64,000 nt of DNA from the human T2T-CHM13v2.0 reference genome, Homo sapiens, in assembly GCF_009914755.1 (NCBI RefSeq), contig NC_060936.1. One strand, written 5' to 3'. Below are positions 1 to 18,784 of the stretch, piece by piece. The translations under genes and the position numbers were made by a program. Below the pieces are notes generated by a model. It did not search any database, was not told the origin of the DNA, and saw only the letters and a program-made list of their open reading frames with translations. Numbering within the stretch: position 1 is the stretch's first letter; each line of letters starts with the position of its first letter.

Positions 1-140
1 TTTGTCTGTTGTAATAATCTGTTATCAACATCAGTGTTTAGGTTGTTTTCAGTTACTGGTTATTTTAGATAACACGACTTTGAACCTTTTTGTACATTTG
101 TTTTGGTAGACATCAACTATCATTTCTGTTAGGCACATAC

Positions 141-360
141 CAGGATTTTTCAACCTCAGCACTATTGACATTTTGGATGGAATAATTCTTTGTTGTGGAG
201 GAACGTCCTGTGCATCGTGGGTTGCTGAGCAGCATTCCTGGCCCCGACTTATGTAGGTGCCAGTAGCACTGCCCCACTATGACAACCGTAAAGGGCTCCA
301 GACATTGTCAAATGCCCCCGGGGGGGCAAAATCTCCCTCCTGCCCATTGAGAACCACTGG
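141..360. mobile_element. MER20 hAT-family DNA transposon fossil inside an old L1
   Basis: CAG...TCAACCTCAGCACTATTGACATTTTGG start and TTGAGAACCACTG end; identical flanking GCACATAC at 133-140 and 361-368. Confidence 0.85.
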
Positions 361-527
361 GCACATACTTACGAATGATACTGTTGAGTCATTGTATACG
401 TATATTTAAATTTAGTACATACTCTTAGTTTTCCAAAGTGGCGAAATGACTTCACATTCCCAGTACCAGGAATTGAGAACTGCATTTGCTCTATATCCCT
501 TTTTATTTTCATGGAAAAGAGGTTTTC

Positions 528-644
528 CACTTTTCAAAAAATTGCACCACCATAGTTGATGTGGGTGTGTTGTGTAGGCGTTAGCAGTATTGCCCTCACC
601 ATGCGCTCACTGGACAGTAACACAACCCCACGAGAAGGATGGTT
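528..644 (-). pseudogene. U4atac minor-spliceosome snRNA retropseudogene
   Basis: Minus strand AACCATCCTTCTCGTGGGGTTGTGTTACTGTCCAGTGAGCGCATGGTGAGGGCAATACTGCTAACGCC...GGTGCAATTTTTTGAAAA matches U4atac including the Sm site; flanking near-repeat TTTGCTCTATATCC / TTTGCTCCACATCC. Confidence 0.9.
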
Positions 645-974
645 TGCTCCACATCCTTAACAGACTTGTATTGGCCATTGTCCCGTTGATGCTCATTTCA
701 GGGATCAGTTGTTTGTTTCTAAATGTCTCCTTGTTTTTTTTTTTTTTTAATTCCAGTTCTCCTTTTATTCACTGTATACAACTTCTCTGTATTTTAAATA
801 TTTACATAGTTATATATTATGATAGTTATTTGTAATAGTACTTGTTTGCTAACATCATCTGGATCATCTGTGCATCTTTATCAATTATCTGCCTATTCCT
901 TTTGTCAGTCATATTTTCCTGCCTCATGTCTCAAAGTTTTTAATTTTTTGCTGACATTGTTTTAAAAGGAATAA

Positions 975-1287
<313 letters not shown>

Positions 1288-2229
1288 TGACCTTACTGTT
1301 GTTTTATATCAGAGGATATTTCCCCTTTTCTCTGTCATGCAGTAGGGGAATGGCTGATCACCTCAATCAAAACAGGAATTGAGCTGTTTAGGGGCTGTAC
1401 TCTGTTACCTGTGTCTTCGGGTTTCTGGATGGTATATTTATTGCAGGCTCCTCTCTACTGGTACTTTGTTTCTGGAGCACCTTGAGGCTGCGGGAGACTC
1501 AGTCTGCCATTCCAGCCCAGCCTGCAGCTTCTTGCACTGACCAGCACTCAACAGATGTCCCATGGGGAAAACTCACTGTCCACTGGGGCACATCAAAACC
1601 TTCACTGGTTTCTCTTTCCCCTAGAATAGTCCTCTGTCTGGGCCGAGCCCTTCCTTCACTGTTCTCAAGCTGAGCAAATGGCCCAGCGAGGTAACAGCCA
1701 GCAATTTTAGCTCACCCAAGAGGAACTCTTTTCTCTCGCAATTTTAGTTTGTTTAGTCCTCCTTCCTTCCACAGGTCTCTGGTGTTTTAAAAAAGATAAG
1801 AGTATTTAGAATTTTCTAGTTGTAGCAGTAGTAGTCCAAGCATATGATTTTATTTTACATTATTGAGAGTTAGAATTATTAGGTGAAATAAAATGAAAAA
1901 CTTTCTTGGTATTTTCATTGAGAATTTATCAAATGTGCAAATTAATTTGTGGAAAATTAATATCTTTGCCATGTAAGTCTACTCATCATAAACATGGCAT
2001 GTTGCTTCAATCTCTTTGTACTTACATATTTTATCATGTGTATTTTTTGTTAGGTTTTCCTGCGTTTTAAAGCTTTTTATTCCTAAGTACTTTCTAGATT
2101 TGTTACTGTGATCATATAGGCATTTTCTTACTATATTTTCTGGTTGGTGACTGCTAATGTGCCAAAAAGCTATTCCTTATTGTTTTGTTTAAAACTGCTA
2201 CCCTGTTGACTTTTCTTACTGGTTCTCAT

Positions 2230-4553
<2,324 letters not shown>

Positions 4554-5053
4554 ACCAGTTCTCATTTTATCTCAGCCGATTCTCTTAGTTTTTTTGTTTG
4601 TTTGTTTGTTTGAGATGGAGTTTTGCTCTTTGTTGCCCAGGCTTGAGTGCAGTGGCACGATCTCAGCTCACTGCCAACCTCCGCCTCCCGGGTTCAAGTG
4701 ATTCTCCTGCCTCAGCCTCCTGAGTAGCTGGGATACAGGCGCCCACCACCACACCTGGCTGATTTTTTTGTGTTTTTAGTAGAGGTGGGGTTTCACTGTG
4801 TTAGTCAGGATGGTCTCGATCTCTTGACCTCATTATTTGCCTGCCTCAGCCTCCCAGAGTGCTGGGATTACAGGCGTGAGCCACCGCACCCAGCCGCCAT
4901 GTGTTTTTAAAGAAAATGATTTTAGTGGTTTACACAAAGTATAATATTTTCTATAGGTTTAAGGAAGAAACACTTTATTGTGTCAAGGAAATTCCTTGTA
5001 CTTTGCTTTAACTTCTAAGTTTTGAAAGTGTTGAAAAAAAAATTTTTTTTTGA

Positions 5054-5434
<381 letters not shown>

Positions 5435-5650
5435 TAGAACTGTTTATCATAATCTCTTGTGAAATTTTAAATCTCTTAAGAGTTTTGGACTGCTTCTTGG
5501 TCATAAAATTTTCTTTTTAAATTTTCTTTTGATCATGCTAGGTCAATTCAAAATTTTAACAGTTATTTTGTATTTTACTTTTATTCTTTTATTTATTTAT
5601 TTATTTATTTTGAGTTAGAGTCTTGCTCTGTTGCCCAGGCTGGAGTGTAG

Positions 5651-5969
<319 letters not shown>

Positions 5970-5995
5970 TAGCCAGGATGGTCTCGATCTCCTGA

Positions 5996-6244
<249 letters not shown>

Positions 6245-7984
6245 TAAAATAGACAATAAGCCTCCTGGTCTACCCGCTGCTCCTGGTCTACCTGCTATCT
6301 GCTGTGCACCTTCCCTCTTCCATCCTGTGTCCCCAGAAGCAGCCACTTTGGGCTCCGTTTCGTCTTCTGCTGTCGACCTCCAGCTTCTAATATGGTCACA
6401 TCGAAGTGACTTGTTTCATGTTTCTTCTCCCTCAGATTTAAAGTAACCAGCTTGATAAGCACCTCAACGTAATAAGGGCACAGTAGTGGCTTCATTTTTC
6501 TCATCACAGCCTCAGGCTTCCTGTCAGCCCTTCCCTAGTGCTCGTCGTGAGGAGAGCTGATGATGCTCTGGTCACAGCCTTGTTTGTTATTGACTCTCAG
6601 TTACTTTCAGGTATGGGAAAGTTCAGTCCACACTCTCACTCCAAGCTCTTGTACCTCCCCTCATTCTAGCCTGCAGAGGGGAGATGGAGGAGGCTTGTCT
6701 GTATTCCCACTTCATTTACTTGTTGCCCTCCGACGGGGGCTCCTTCTGGGTTGGGGTGGGAAAATCAGTGGTTAGAGAAAAAGACACAGAGTCTCCTGTT
6801 GTGCGGTGGTCAGTACACAGAGTTATGACAGGCATCAGTGGGGCTTGGTTGGAGCCTCTGACAGGGCTCTGCCCTGCAGTTCCATGGTGTATGTGATTCT
6901 TTCTCTCACTGCGTGCAGACTCACCCAGAAGTCCACTCACTGCCTCTTCCCCTGGGGTCTCCCTCCCTGCAGGTAGTGCTGCTGAGGAGGAGCCTGCTAA
7001 TGAGCTCAAGTGTCAAGTTCGGGAATCTTCTGGGTGTTCCTTGGGCCCAGGGAAACAGTGCCCTGCCTGAGGTGAGCCGCAGGGAGGCGGGGCCCTGTTT
7101 GAGGTGAGCTGCTGAACCCTCACTCCCCAGCTGCCTTTTGAGAGTCCCGCGGCAGTCTTTGCCTTCAGAATTTTTCAGAGGAAAGCAGTTATTCGATCCT
7201 TGTTTACTTAAATTCTTAAGTACATGTCAGTTCCTTCTGAAAATTACCCAGATTTAGCCTGGTCGGCTGTTGCAGATGTCCAGGTTGTGTGTGGGGCACT
7301 TGCACAGTCCCCTTTTCTTAGAGCCCCTCCTGTTTGAGAGGATGGATACCCGCTTCCCTTTCTTCTCACGTGTTCTTAGCAAGGTCACTTTTCTCCTTCA
7401 GTGACTCACTTCTGTGGACTGTTTTCTGGTTGGATCTCCCCCATCTTCCGTCATTCATGGACCAGTTATTCACTATCTTCTTTCTCCGTTTGTTATCCCC
7501 AGGCTTCTCCACCTCCTTAAAGGGAAAGTTCTGTAGTTTGCTTGGCCAGGCTGCTTGGTGTCCTCCTGGCCCCCCTTCTGTCTCTCAGCGTGCCATGCTG
7601 TCTCTATCAGGTTGTGTTCTGGCTCTGTCCCCACAGGATGCCCAGAATCCAGCCACCATTTATCATCCCCATCGCTGTCACTTTGGCCTACACTGCCTTC
7701 TTCCACTGGACTAACACAGTTGCCTTCTAACTGGTCTCCCCGGTATCTCCTCTTACACAACCCCCTCCCTCTTCCACAGCAGTCAGGATGATCTCAAAAT
7801 ACCAGTCAGAGCGAGAAGCCTTTCAGTGGCTTCTCACAGCGCTTGCATTTCTGCCTAGGTATAACCTCATCAGAGAGCTGCCCTGATCACCGTGTCTGAA
7901 ACAGCACCTGTGCCTCCCTCTGTCTCATGACTCTGTCCCTTACCTGCTTGGATTTTTTGTTTGTTTTTTGTTTTTTTGTTTTGA

Positions 7985-8273
<289 letters not shown>

Positions 8274-9756
8274 TAAGAGTACCTAGCACCCCTGGCATGT
8301 TAGGTAGTCATGTGTTGGCTGAGTAACACCCACCCTGGAGACCCTAGGTGGGTGGGACCTGGGAGCCTAATTCATATACTGCTTTTAGCTGTTTACAGTT
8401 CACACCTCATTCTCATCATGCAGGATGACTGTTCCCAAAGCTTTTGGGGCTTCTGTGGGAGAGATGGTTTGCTGTGCATCAGCTTACCTCTGGGAGAGCT
8501 TTTGCTCACGGAAGTCAGTTACCAGATTTTTGGCTTACTGTTTATTAAAAATTTATCAAAATATCATATTGGCTTCTGTTTATGTAGTTCCCTTTTCTTT
8601 TTTTTTTTTTTTTGAGATGGAGTCTCGCTCTGTTGCCCAGCTGGAGTGCAGTGGCGCAATCTCGGCACACTGCAAGCTCTGCCTCCTGGGTTAACGCCAT
8701 TCTCCTGCCTCAGCCTCCCGAGTAGCTGGGACTACAGGCACCCGCCACCACGCCTGGCTAATTTTTTGCATTTTTAGTAGAGACGGGGTTTCACCGTGTT
8801 AGCCAGGATGGTCTCGATCTCGTGACCTTGTGATCCGCCGCCTCGGCCTCCCAAAGTGCTGGGATTACAGGCATGAGCCACCGCCCCTGGCCTCCCTTTT
8901 CTTTTAGAGGTGTGTTTGTGTGTACTGTATTCCTGTATGTAATTTAAATGGGTCTCAGAGGAGGATACTGATAATCATGTTTAAATCTTCTCTCCATTCT
9001 CTCTGTTCCTACTTTCAAATCATGTTTAGTCTCCATCTCAACCTCCCTAATGGGCATAAATCTTACAACTTTGTAGGTGTTTTGATTTGTGAAATTATAT
9101 ATTATAGAAAAGCCATCTAGCATAGAAGAATAATGCCCGAGTATTGATGAGCCAGGAGGGATGGTGAACCACGTGGAGGTGCCTGGGCAAGAGGAGTCTG
9201 TTGGCTGTAGTGAGACCGTCATGCTACTTGGGATGTATAAATAAGAAATGCCTTTAGTTTAAGTCCCTTGAGTTAAACTGATGTAAAAATGCAATTATTT
9301 ATGCTAATTCTGTGAGTATCAGCTTTCATTGATGTAGCATTTACCTGATATCTTTCTTCATTTCTTTATTTTCTAATTTGTATTTTTTCTTTGGTGTATC
9401 TCATAAGTTTCAAACTGTCTTAGTTTTGTTTTCAGTATGTTTCTTCTAACATTAATGTGTTCTTTCTCAGTCGGTTTTTTCTCTACTGTTTGGGAAGCTG
9501 TACTTGTCTTCCTCCCTGCTCCCTCCCTACATTTTTAGTGCTTGATTGTCTTTAAGTTGTTCACAGGCACACTGAACGTTTCCCTTTAAAACAAAGTCTA
9601 AACAGTTGCATTTTCTCTTTTCCCAAGTGAAAGATGTTTCTTTATACCTTCATTTTTTATGATTCTCATCTATTTGCATCACACACATGCTTAAATTGTA
9701 GCTGATTATAATTTTAGTTCAGATGTGTTTGAATCAATAGATTTATGTTCTGCTGA

Positions 9757-10098
<342 letters not shown>

Positions 10099-10890
10099 TA
10101 GGCATGAGGTACCACATTTGATGGATATAAATTTTCCAGGTGCTAGTATATTTGAAAATGTCTTTTATTTTCCCTTATTTTTGCTTTTTAGTTTGGCTGG
10201 TATAAGATTTCAGAATCAGCATTATTTTTTCTCAGTACTTTATTTCTCTCCCACTTTCAAGAAGCATTGTTCTTTCCTTTTAGTTGGTTATCAGGTGTTC
10301 TCTTTATACTTTATTTTCAGACATTTCATTACCATCTGCTTAAATTTGGACCTTTTTTTTGTTTGTTAACTTATCTTGTATTTCAATTGGTAGGTTTTTC
10401 TCATGTGAACTCCTGTATTTGTCTTCACTCCAAGAGAATTTTCAGGCCGCATTTCTTTGAACATTGCCCTATTATTTCTCTTATTTATATAAACCTACAT
10501 TGGTAATTCTTCTATAAACCAGGAAAATCATTCCAGGTTTATTTATTTATTTATTTTTTTGAGACGGAGTCTTGCTCTGTAGCTCAGGCTGGAGTGCAGT
10601 GATGCGATCTTGGCTCACTGCAACTTCTGCCTCTCTGGTTCCAGCGATTCTCCTGCCTCAGCCTTCTGAGTAGCTAGGATTGCAGGTGCCCACCCCCACG
10701 CCTGGCTAATTTTTGTATTTTTAGTAGAGACGGGGTTTCACCGTGTTGGTCAGGCTGGTCTTGAACTCCTGACCTTGTGATCCGCTTCCCTCGGCCTCCC
10801 AGAGTGCTGGGATTACAGGCATGAGCCACCACACCCGGCCAGGTTTATTTTGTAGTCTAGCTCTTACCTGTTCACCTGTTGTAGCCATCG

Positions 10891-11258
10891 CTGTGGTTTG
10901 AGTGTACCTTCCAAATTTCATGTGTTGGAAATTTAATTCCTAAATTTATTTGTTGATGGTATTTGGAGGTGGGACCTTTGGGAGGTATTTAGGATTTGAT
11001 AAAGTCATCAGGGCAGGGCCCCTATGATGGGATTAGTAGCCTTAAAAGGATAGGAAGAGAGACCTGAGCTGGCATGCTGTCTGTCTCTCATCATGTATTG
11101 CCTTCCACCAAGTTATGACATAGCAAGAAGGCCCTCACCAGATGCCAGCACCATGCTTATGGACTTCCTGGCCTCCAGAACCTTGAGCTAAATGAACATT
11201 TTTCTTTATAAATTACCCAGTTTCTGGTATTCTGTTATAAAAATAGAAAACAAAGACA
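10891..11258 (+). mobile_element. MaLR (MST-type) solo LTR
   Basis: TGTGGTTTGAGTGT start, GGAGGTGGGACCTTTGGGAGGT, TTTATAAATTACCCAG...AAGACA end. Confidence 0.75.
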
Positions 11259-12381
11259 GCAGTCTTTTCGGTGTCTGAAATATTTGTTGTTCCTTGAATT
11301 GACCAGGCTCTACCATGTGTTCTGTGTGATGCTTGCTTCTGGTACAGGGACTGCAAATTATGTTCCATCTATTTTTTTTTCTTTCTTTCATAATAGATTT
11401 GCCAGTTTTTCAGTTGGGCATATACAGAAACTCCATTTCTGAATTTCCCTGCTGTTCCCTCCCAGCCCCCACTCTTTGCTGTTGCTTAGAATGCAGATGT
11501 GATGACTAGAGCCATCTTAGACTGGGTTGCCCTGGAAGTGGAAGCCATGTAAGGTGGAGCAAGAGATGGAAGCCCCAGACCAATTGCCTTCAGACTCCTG
11601 CAAGTAGAAGGATAAACTCTCTTGTTTATCCCCCTGTTCTCAGCTGAACCTCGTCCAAACACCTCCTGAATTGCCCTTTCTACCCCAACTTCTTGAACAC
11701 ATCATGAATCTTCTAAGACTACTTGAGTGGCTCTCTTCATTTCTGTACAAAATGTACCCTGGATGTTTTTACCAAGGACTCAGAACACCTTATTTTGTTT
11801 GCATGTATAAATGTTCATTCCCATCTACAAGATAGAAAGTTTCTTGAAGACAGAACTGGATTTTATTCATCCTGAAATCTTCAGGACCCAAGAGAGTACC
11901 GGCAAATAGAAGCTCCTTGATTGATTTTTTCTTTCTTTCTTTTTTTTTTTTTTAGATGGAGTCTCACTCTGTCGCCGAGGCTGGAGTGCAGTGGCACGAT
12001 TTTGGCTTGCTGCAACCTCTGCTGCCTGGGTTCAAGTGATTCTCCTGCCTCAGCCACCTGAGTAGCTAGGATTACAAGTGCCTGCCACTGCGCCCAGCTA
12101 ATTTTTGTATTTTTAGTAGAGACAGGGTTTCACCATCTTGGTCAGGCTGGTCTTGAACTCCTGCCCTTGTGATCCACCCGCCTTGGCCTCCGAAAGTGCT
12201 GGCGTGAGCCACCGTGCCTGGCACTCCTTGATTGATTTTTAATTCTCTCACAAAGTAAATGCTGAACCAGCCACAGGAAATAGTTGGTAGAGGAACATTT
12301 ATCCCTTCCCAGTTCCTCTGCATCTTTTCCATGTCACCTAATGTAATTGCATCCAATTGAACAGGGTGTGTGTTATTTCAG

Positions 12382-12508
12382 GGATTATTGTCATTCAAGG
12401 ATATATCTATGGAGTTCACCTGGGATGAATGGCAGCTACTGGATTCTACACAGAAGTACCTGTACAGAGATGTGATATTGGAAAACTATCATAACCTGAT
12501 ATCAGTGG
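12382..12508 (+). CDS. ZNF26: ZNF26 KRAB-A exon (127 bp)
   Basis: tttcag|GGA acceptor and G|gtaagt donor; translates [42 protein letters not shown]; canonical KRAB-A exon size. Confidence 0.95.
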
Positions 12509-12776
12509 GTAAGTACTGCGTCTCAATGTTACTCAGATAGTGAATATTAAATTGCCATCCCTTTTTTTGTTGTTGAACTACTCCGGGATCTCTGAAGTGC
12601 TTAATGATTATGAACTTGAACTTTAGGGGTCAAATTTCCTTAGTCCCTGTTTGTCCCACACTTCCTAATTGTAATCTTTCCCCAAGTGAGATGAGCAGTT
12701 TTGCTCTGTAGCTCTTGATTCCTCGGTCCTGTCCCTAACAGCCTGGTCCCCACCCTTTGTGATTTCCCATCAACAG

Positions 12777-12872
12777 GGTATCATGGTACCAAGCCTGACT
12801 TAATCTTCAAGTTGGAACAAGGAGAAGATCCATGGATAATAAATGCCAAAATTTCCAGGCAGAGCTGTCCAG
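12777..12872 (+). CDS. ZNF26: ZNF26 KRAB-B exon (96 bp)
   Basis: caacag|GG acceptor and CAG|gtgggt donor; translates [32 protein letters not shown] in phase with the KRAB-A exon. Confidence 0.95.
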
Positions 12873-13789
12873 GTGGGTGAGTGAGAAAGAGGAAGGTGGG
12901 AGGCATGGGAGTGAGCTGATGAGTACCTGAGGAGTGGGCACTCACAGTGTTGTCTTCAGAAATGCTTCTGGAAGTCCTTGAGCTATTGGAGCTGACTCAG
13001 GATGAAGCCAGGAGCTCCTCAGATAAGGACATCGCCGTCACTCTTCATATATTTGGGTTTTTCTTCCCCCTTACTGTTGAGAGGCAGGCATGCCCCTCTT
13101 TCCTGAACTCTGCTTCAGGTTTGCTTTTGGGTAAGTTTCCGTCCTCCCCATGGTCATGGGTTTTATTGGGCATCGAGACCTTTAGAGGATTTCTTTTTCC
13201 CCTCACTTGATGTGGCTCATTGCCCTCTATTTCCATTTCTTTTATTTCCTCCTTTGCCTTCCACAGTTAAATCCCCTAGACTTGACTCACAGTCTTGGCC
13301 CTGGTGTCTCCTATATCTTTGAGTGACTTTACACACCTTATACTTCCCTTTTGCGTTGTCCAGAGGGGTATTTTTTCCCAGTTTGGCTCTCCTCTCCCAA
13401 TGTTGTAACTGTCGAAAGGCTCTTCCGTTCCGAAGGTTTACGCTTTCCCCCCAGTGTTGTAACATCAAAATTGACGTCTTTCTCTTTGGCACTTGAGTCC
13501 TGGGTTTTACCTGCCTGTGGGAGCGCTACCCCACGCTTTCCCAGACTTTACTCTCAGTATCAGAAATGGGGATTTCCTTCTAAAATTACCGTTCTTCCTC
13601 AAAAGAAATGGCCAGAGTCCTTCATTTTCTTTCACAAGTTTCTTTCTTAGTGTTTCCATCTCTAAGGAGCAGTGCCATCTTGCCGTTCAAGCTGTTGACT
13701 CCTCCCCTTCTCTGCTCCCACATCTAGTCCCTTAGCAAACCGTCTTAGTTCTCTCTCCCGTATGTTCCAAATTTCCTCAACTCCAGACA

Positions 13790-14483
<694 letters not shown>

Positions 14484-15053
14484 CAGATACCCAAAGTATA
14501 TCAAGAACTGTAGTTCAAATTATTATCTCATTCTGGACTGCTACAATAGCTTCCTAAAGTATTTCTCTGTCCTTTTCTTACTTTTTACAGAACAGTCAAA
14601 CTGATCTTTTAAATGCAGAAGATTGAGATTTTCTGTAATTAAAACCTTTAGGCTGGGCACAGTGGCTCACACCTGTAATCCCAGTACTGTGGGAGGCCAA
14701 GGCGGGCGGATCGCTTGAGCTCAGGAGTTTGAGACCAGCCTGGCCAACAAGTGAAACCCCATCTCTACTAAAAATACAAAAATTAGCTGGGCATGATGGC
14801 ATGTGCCTGTAGTCCCAGCTACTCAGGAATCTGACATGGGAGGATTACTTGAACCCAGGAGGTCGAGGCTGCAGTAAGCCAAGATTGCGCCACTGCACTC
14901 CAGCCTGAGTGAAAGAGCAAGACCCTGTCTCAAAAAAAAAAAAAATCTTAAAAATATGAACAACTTTTTGCCATGGATTTGAATAATTTGGTTCTGCTTT
15001 CATTCCATTCACTCAGTGGGTTTTAGCTTTCCTGGCCTTTTTCTATTTCTTAA

Positions 15054-15251
<198 letters not shown>

Positions 15252-15475
15252 TGATTACTGGTAATTTGCTACCAGTTTTCACGACGGGACCTGTTTTGGT
15301 TTGTTTTGATTCAGTTCCCTTGCCCCCATGCTTGGCCAGTATTTCTTTTGAACCAGTGTGGTAGGCTTGTTACCAAAAGAGAAAGGTTGATTACATCACA
15401 GTCCTAATACTGTTTAATTCCATATCAGGTTTATGTTATGATTCAAAAAGTTATATTTTGTTTGTTTTTTTGTAG

Positions 15476-16821
15476 ATGGCTGGGAAGAATGGTACCAGAA
15501 CAATCAAGATGAGCTTGAGAGTATTGAAAGAAGCTATGCTTGTAGTGTGTTGGGAAGACTTAATCTGAGCAAAACCCATGATTCTTCAAGACAGAGACTC
15601 TATAACACACGTGGAAAAAGTTTGACACAAAACTCAGCTCCAAGCAGAAGTTATTTAAGAAAGAATCCTGATAAGTTTCATGGTTATGAAGAACCATATT
15701 TTCTTAAGCATCAAAGAGCTCATAGCATAGAAAAAAACTGTGTGTGTAGTGAATGTGGGAAAGCTTTTCGTTGTAAGTCACAGCTCATTGTACATCTCAG
15801 AATTCATACAGGAGAGAGACCTTATGAATGCAGTAAATGTGAAAGAGCCTTCAGTGCCAAGTCAAACCTTAATGCTCATCAGAGAGTTCATACAGGAGAA
15901 AAACCCTACTCATGTAGTGAGTGCGAGAAGGTCTTCTCTTTCAGGTCACAGCTCATTGTCCATCAGGAAATTCACACAGGAGGGAAACCCTATGGCTGCA
16001 GTGAATGTGGGAAAGCCTACAGTTGGAAATCACAGCTTCTTTTACACCAGAGAAGTCACACAGGAGTGAAACCGTATGAATGCAGCGAATGTGGGAAAGC
16101 CTTTAGTTTGAAGTCTCCATTCGTTGTACACCAGAGAACTCATACAGGAGTGAAACCCCATAAATGCAGTGAATGTGGGAAAGCCTTTAGGAGTAAGTCC
16201 TATCTCCTTGTTCACATCCGAATGCATACAGGAGAAAAACCCTATCAATGCAGTGATTGTGGGAAAGCCTTCAATATGAAGACACAACTCATTGTACATC
16301 AGGGAGTTCACACAGGAAATAATCCTTATCAATGCGGTGAATGTGGGAAAGCCTTTGGTAGGAAGGAACAGCTCACTGCACATCTGAGAGCTCATGCAGG
16401 AGAGAAGCCCTATGGATGCAGTGAATGTGGGAAGGCTTTCAGCAGCAAGTCATACCTTGTTATACATAGGAGAACACACACCGGAGAGAGACCCTATGAA
16501 TGTAGTTTGTGTGAGAGAGCCTTTTGTGGAAAATCACAGCTGATTATACATCAGAGAACTCATTCAACTGAGAAGCCCTATGAATGCAATGAATGTGAAA
16601 AAGCCTACCCTAGGAAGGCATCACTTCAGATACACCAGAAAACTCATTCGGGAGAGAAACCTTTTAAATGCAGTGAATGTGGAAAAGCCTTCACTCAGAA
16701 GTCATCTCTCAGTGAACATCAGAGAGTTCACACTGGAGAGAAACCATGGAAATGCTCTGAATGTGGGAAATCCTTCTGTTGGAATTCAGGGCTTCGTATA
16801 CATCGGAAGACTCATAAATGA
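15476..16821 (+). CDS. ZNF26: ZNF26 terminal exon: spacer plus 13 C2H2 zinc fingers
   Basis: T-rich tract and tgtag|AT acceptor; frame [11 protein letters not shown] joins ORF 15547..16821; 13 CX2CX12HX3H units ending LRIHRKTHK-stop. Confidence 0.95.
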
Positions 16822-17026
16822 GAAATCAGAATGATGCAATGTGAGAAACTGATGTTCAGGAGACTTCGGATAATATAGACAGGATTTACAAGCAGGAGGC
16901 CCTAAAATTACACTCATGTCAAAAATCAGAGAGGAGAGAGACCAACCATATTTGGGATGAGTGTAAAAGCTTTCAGAAATAAGTTACAAATCTTTGTAGA
17001 TGAAAATAATGGAAGGAATGTGGAGC

Positions 17027-17891
17027 AATAAATGTATCAAATGTTGTAGTATCATCATGAAGATTCAGAGAATTTACACTAGGAACACCTTATAAGTTGA
17101 ATAAATTAAGGAAGCATTTTCCCATTGAAAGTGTGTTCCATGGAAAGTCACATTCCAGATTTGAAGCTGTGTTTTTGTAAAATAAAATCTTGGTATGAAC
17201 AGTTGACTTCATGGTGGAGTATAAAGTTGTTTTTTTAAAAATATGTAAATAATGTTCAGGAAAAACGCAGGGAACAGAGTCTTAAAGTTAATGGATATTT
17301 AATGTGACTTTCCTGAGTTAACACTGAATAGTATTTCTAAAATTTTTTGTACTTTATTTTTTAATGTAACTTGTTCTATCTATCTATATATATATTTGAT
17401 AGTTTGTGGAATAATATCCCCCAGTATTTTCCATATTAAATGCTAATTATCTTTTGATTTCTTTTTCATAAGCAGATCTGGCATTTATTACAGGGCTGCC
17501 GCTTAAGAGAACTCATTATAATGAACGTTTATTATATTTTGCAGTTCCATGCCTGTTGTCCATTGATTGACATGAGCACCCCTGTTTTCTCTGGAGAAAT
17601 ACCTCCCCTCTCTGGGGTGCTTCCTGTGGTAGTGTCTTTCAGGTATCCGTTCCACTAGCTACAGGTGAGCATTTTACCCATTGTTGGATAATGGTAATCT
17701 CTTTTTCAGAATTTTGAGTCTGTAATTCATTTGTACATGAACCAGAAAATGTGGGAACTCATTCATTCTTGTCCCAGAATTCTGTTGAGAACATCCATTC
17801 ATTCTGGCTAATTGATTACAAGAATAACTGTGGATACGATCCCTTTAGAACCTGCTTCTCTGATCTGTGTGTTTCCTCACTTCTCAATAAA
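17027..17891 (+). terminator. Candidate ZNF26 polyadenylation signals
   Basis: AATAAA at 17027, 17181 and 17886; the last is followed by GT/T-rich sequence. Usage cannot be determined from sequence. Confidence 0.45.
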
Positions 17892-17916
17892 AATGTCTTT
17901 TGCTTTTTGTTGTTTG

Positions 17917-17951
<35 letters not shown>

Positions 17952-17958
17952 AGACTAA

Positions 17959-18235
<277 letters not shown>

Positions 18236-18784
18236 TAACCTAAGGGCTTTAACTGATCAGTTGTTGCCTTGGTAGCATGTAGTTAACAAAGTGGGGTATA
18301 TGATTTAGGTTTGTTTGTTTTTCCTGAGACAAGAAAATCGCATTCTTGTTTATATTTGAAGATAGCAACTTTTAGCCATCATGTGAAATATGGTTATTGT
18401 TTCTGTACACCTGGAACGTTGTAGTGCCTGATACTGAGATTTTGGAAACACTGAAGAATTATAGCATTATAAGAATTTTAAATTTATGAGAAAATCTGAG
18501 ACAGGGGCAGAGATGGCTGATTTTGATCTTGCTGGATCTTAGACCATGAGAATGACAGGCCTGAAGCCCTGAAATCTCACCTCAGGGTGGAGTGTCAGAC
18601 TTGGCAACTTTGACATTGCTGAAAAAGTTTCTTACAGCTGTAGGAGTGAGGTGGTGGGAATCAAATAGTATATTTGGCTTGGTGAATTAAAGTCAGTTCA
18701 CCTCAAATGTTTACTAAATCCCTTAATGTAAACATGCGTTGAAAAAGTTATCCTCACCCTTCCCCCCCTCAAAAAGTTATCCCT

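Noticed and set aside
528-644. Functional U4atac gene
   Set aside because: TSD and A-rich tail indicate retroposition; several substitutions in the 5' pairing region; no snRNA promoter element recognised upstream.
12313-12381. In-frame upstream acceptor extending the ZNF26 KRAB-A exon by 69 nt
   Set aside because: The extension contains an in-frame TGA at 12358.
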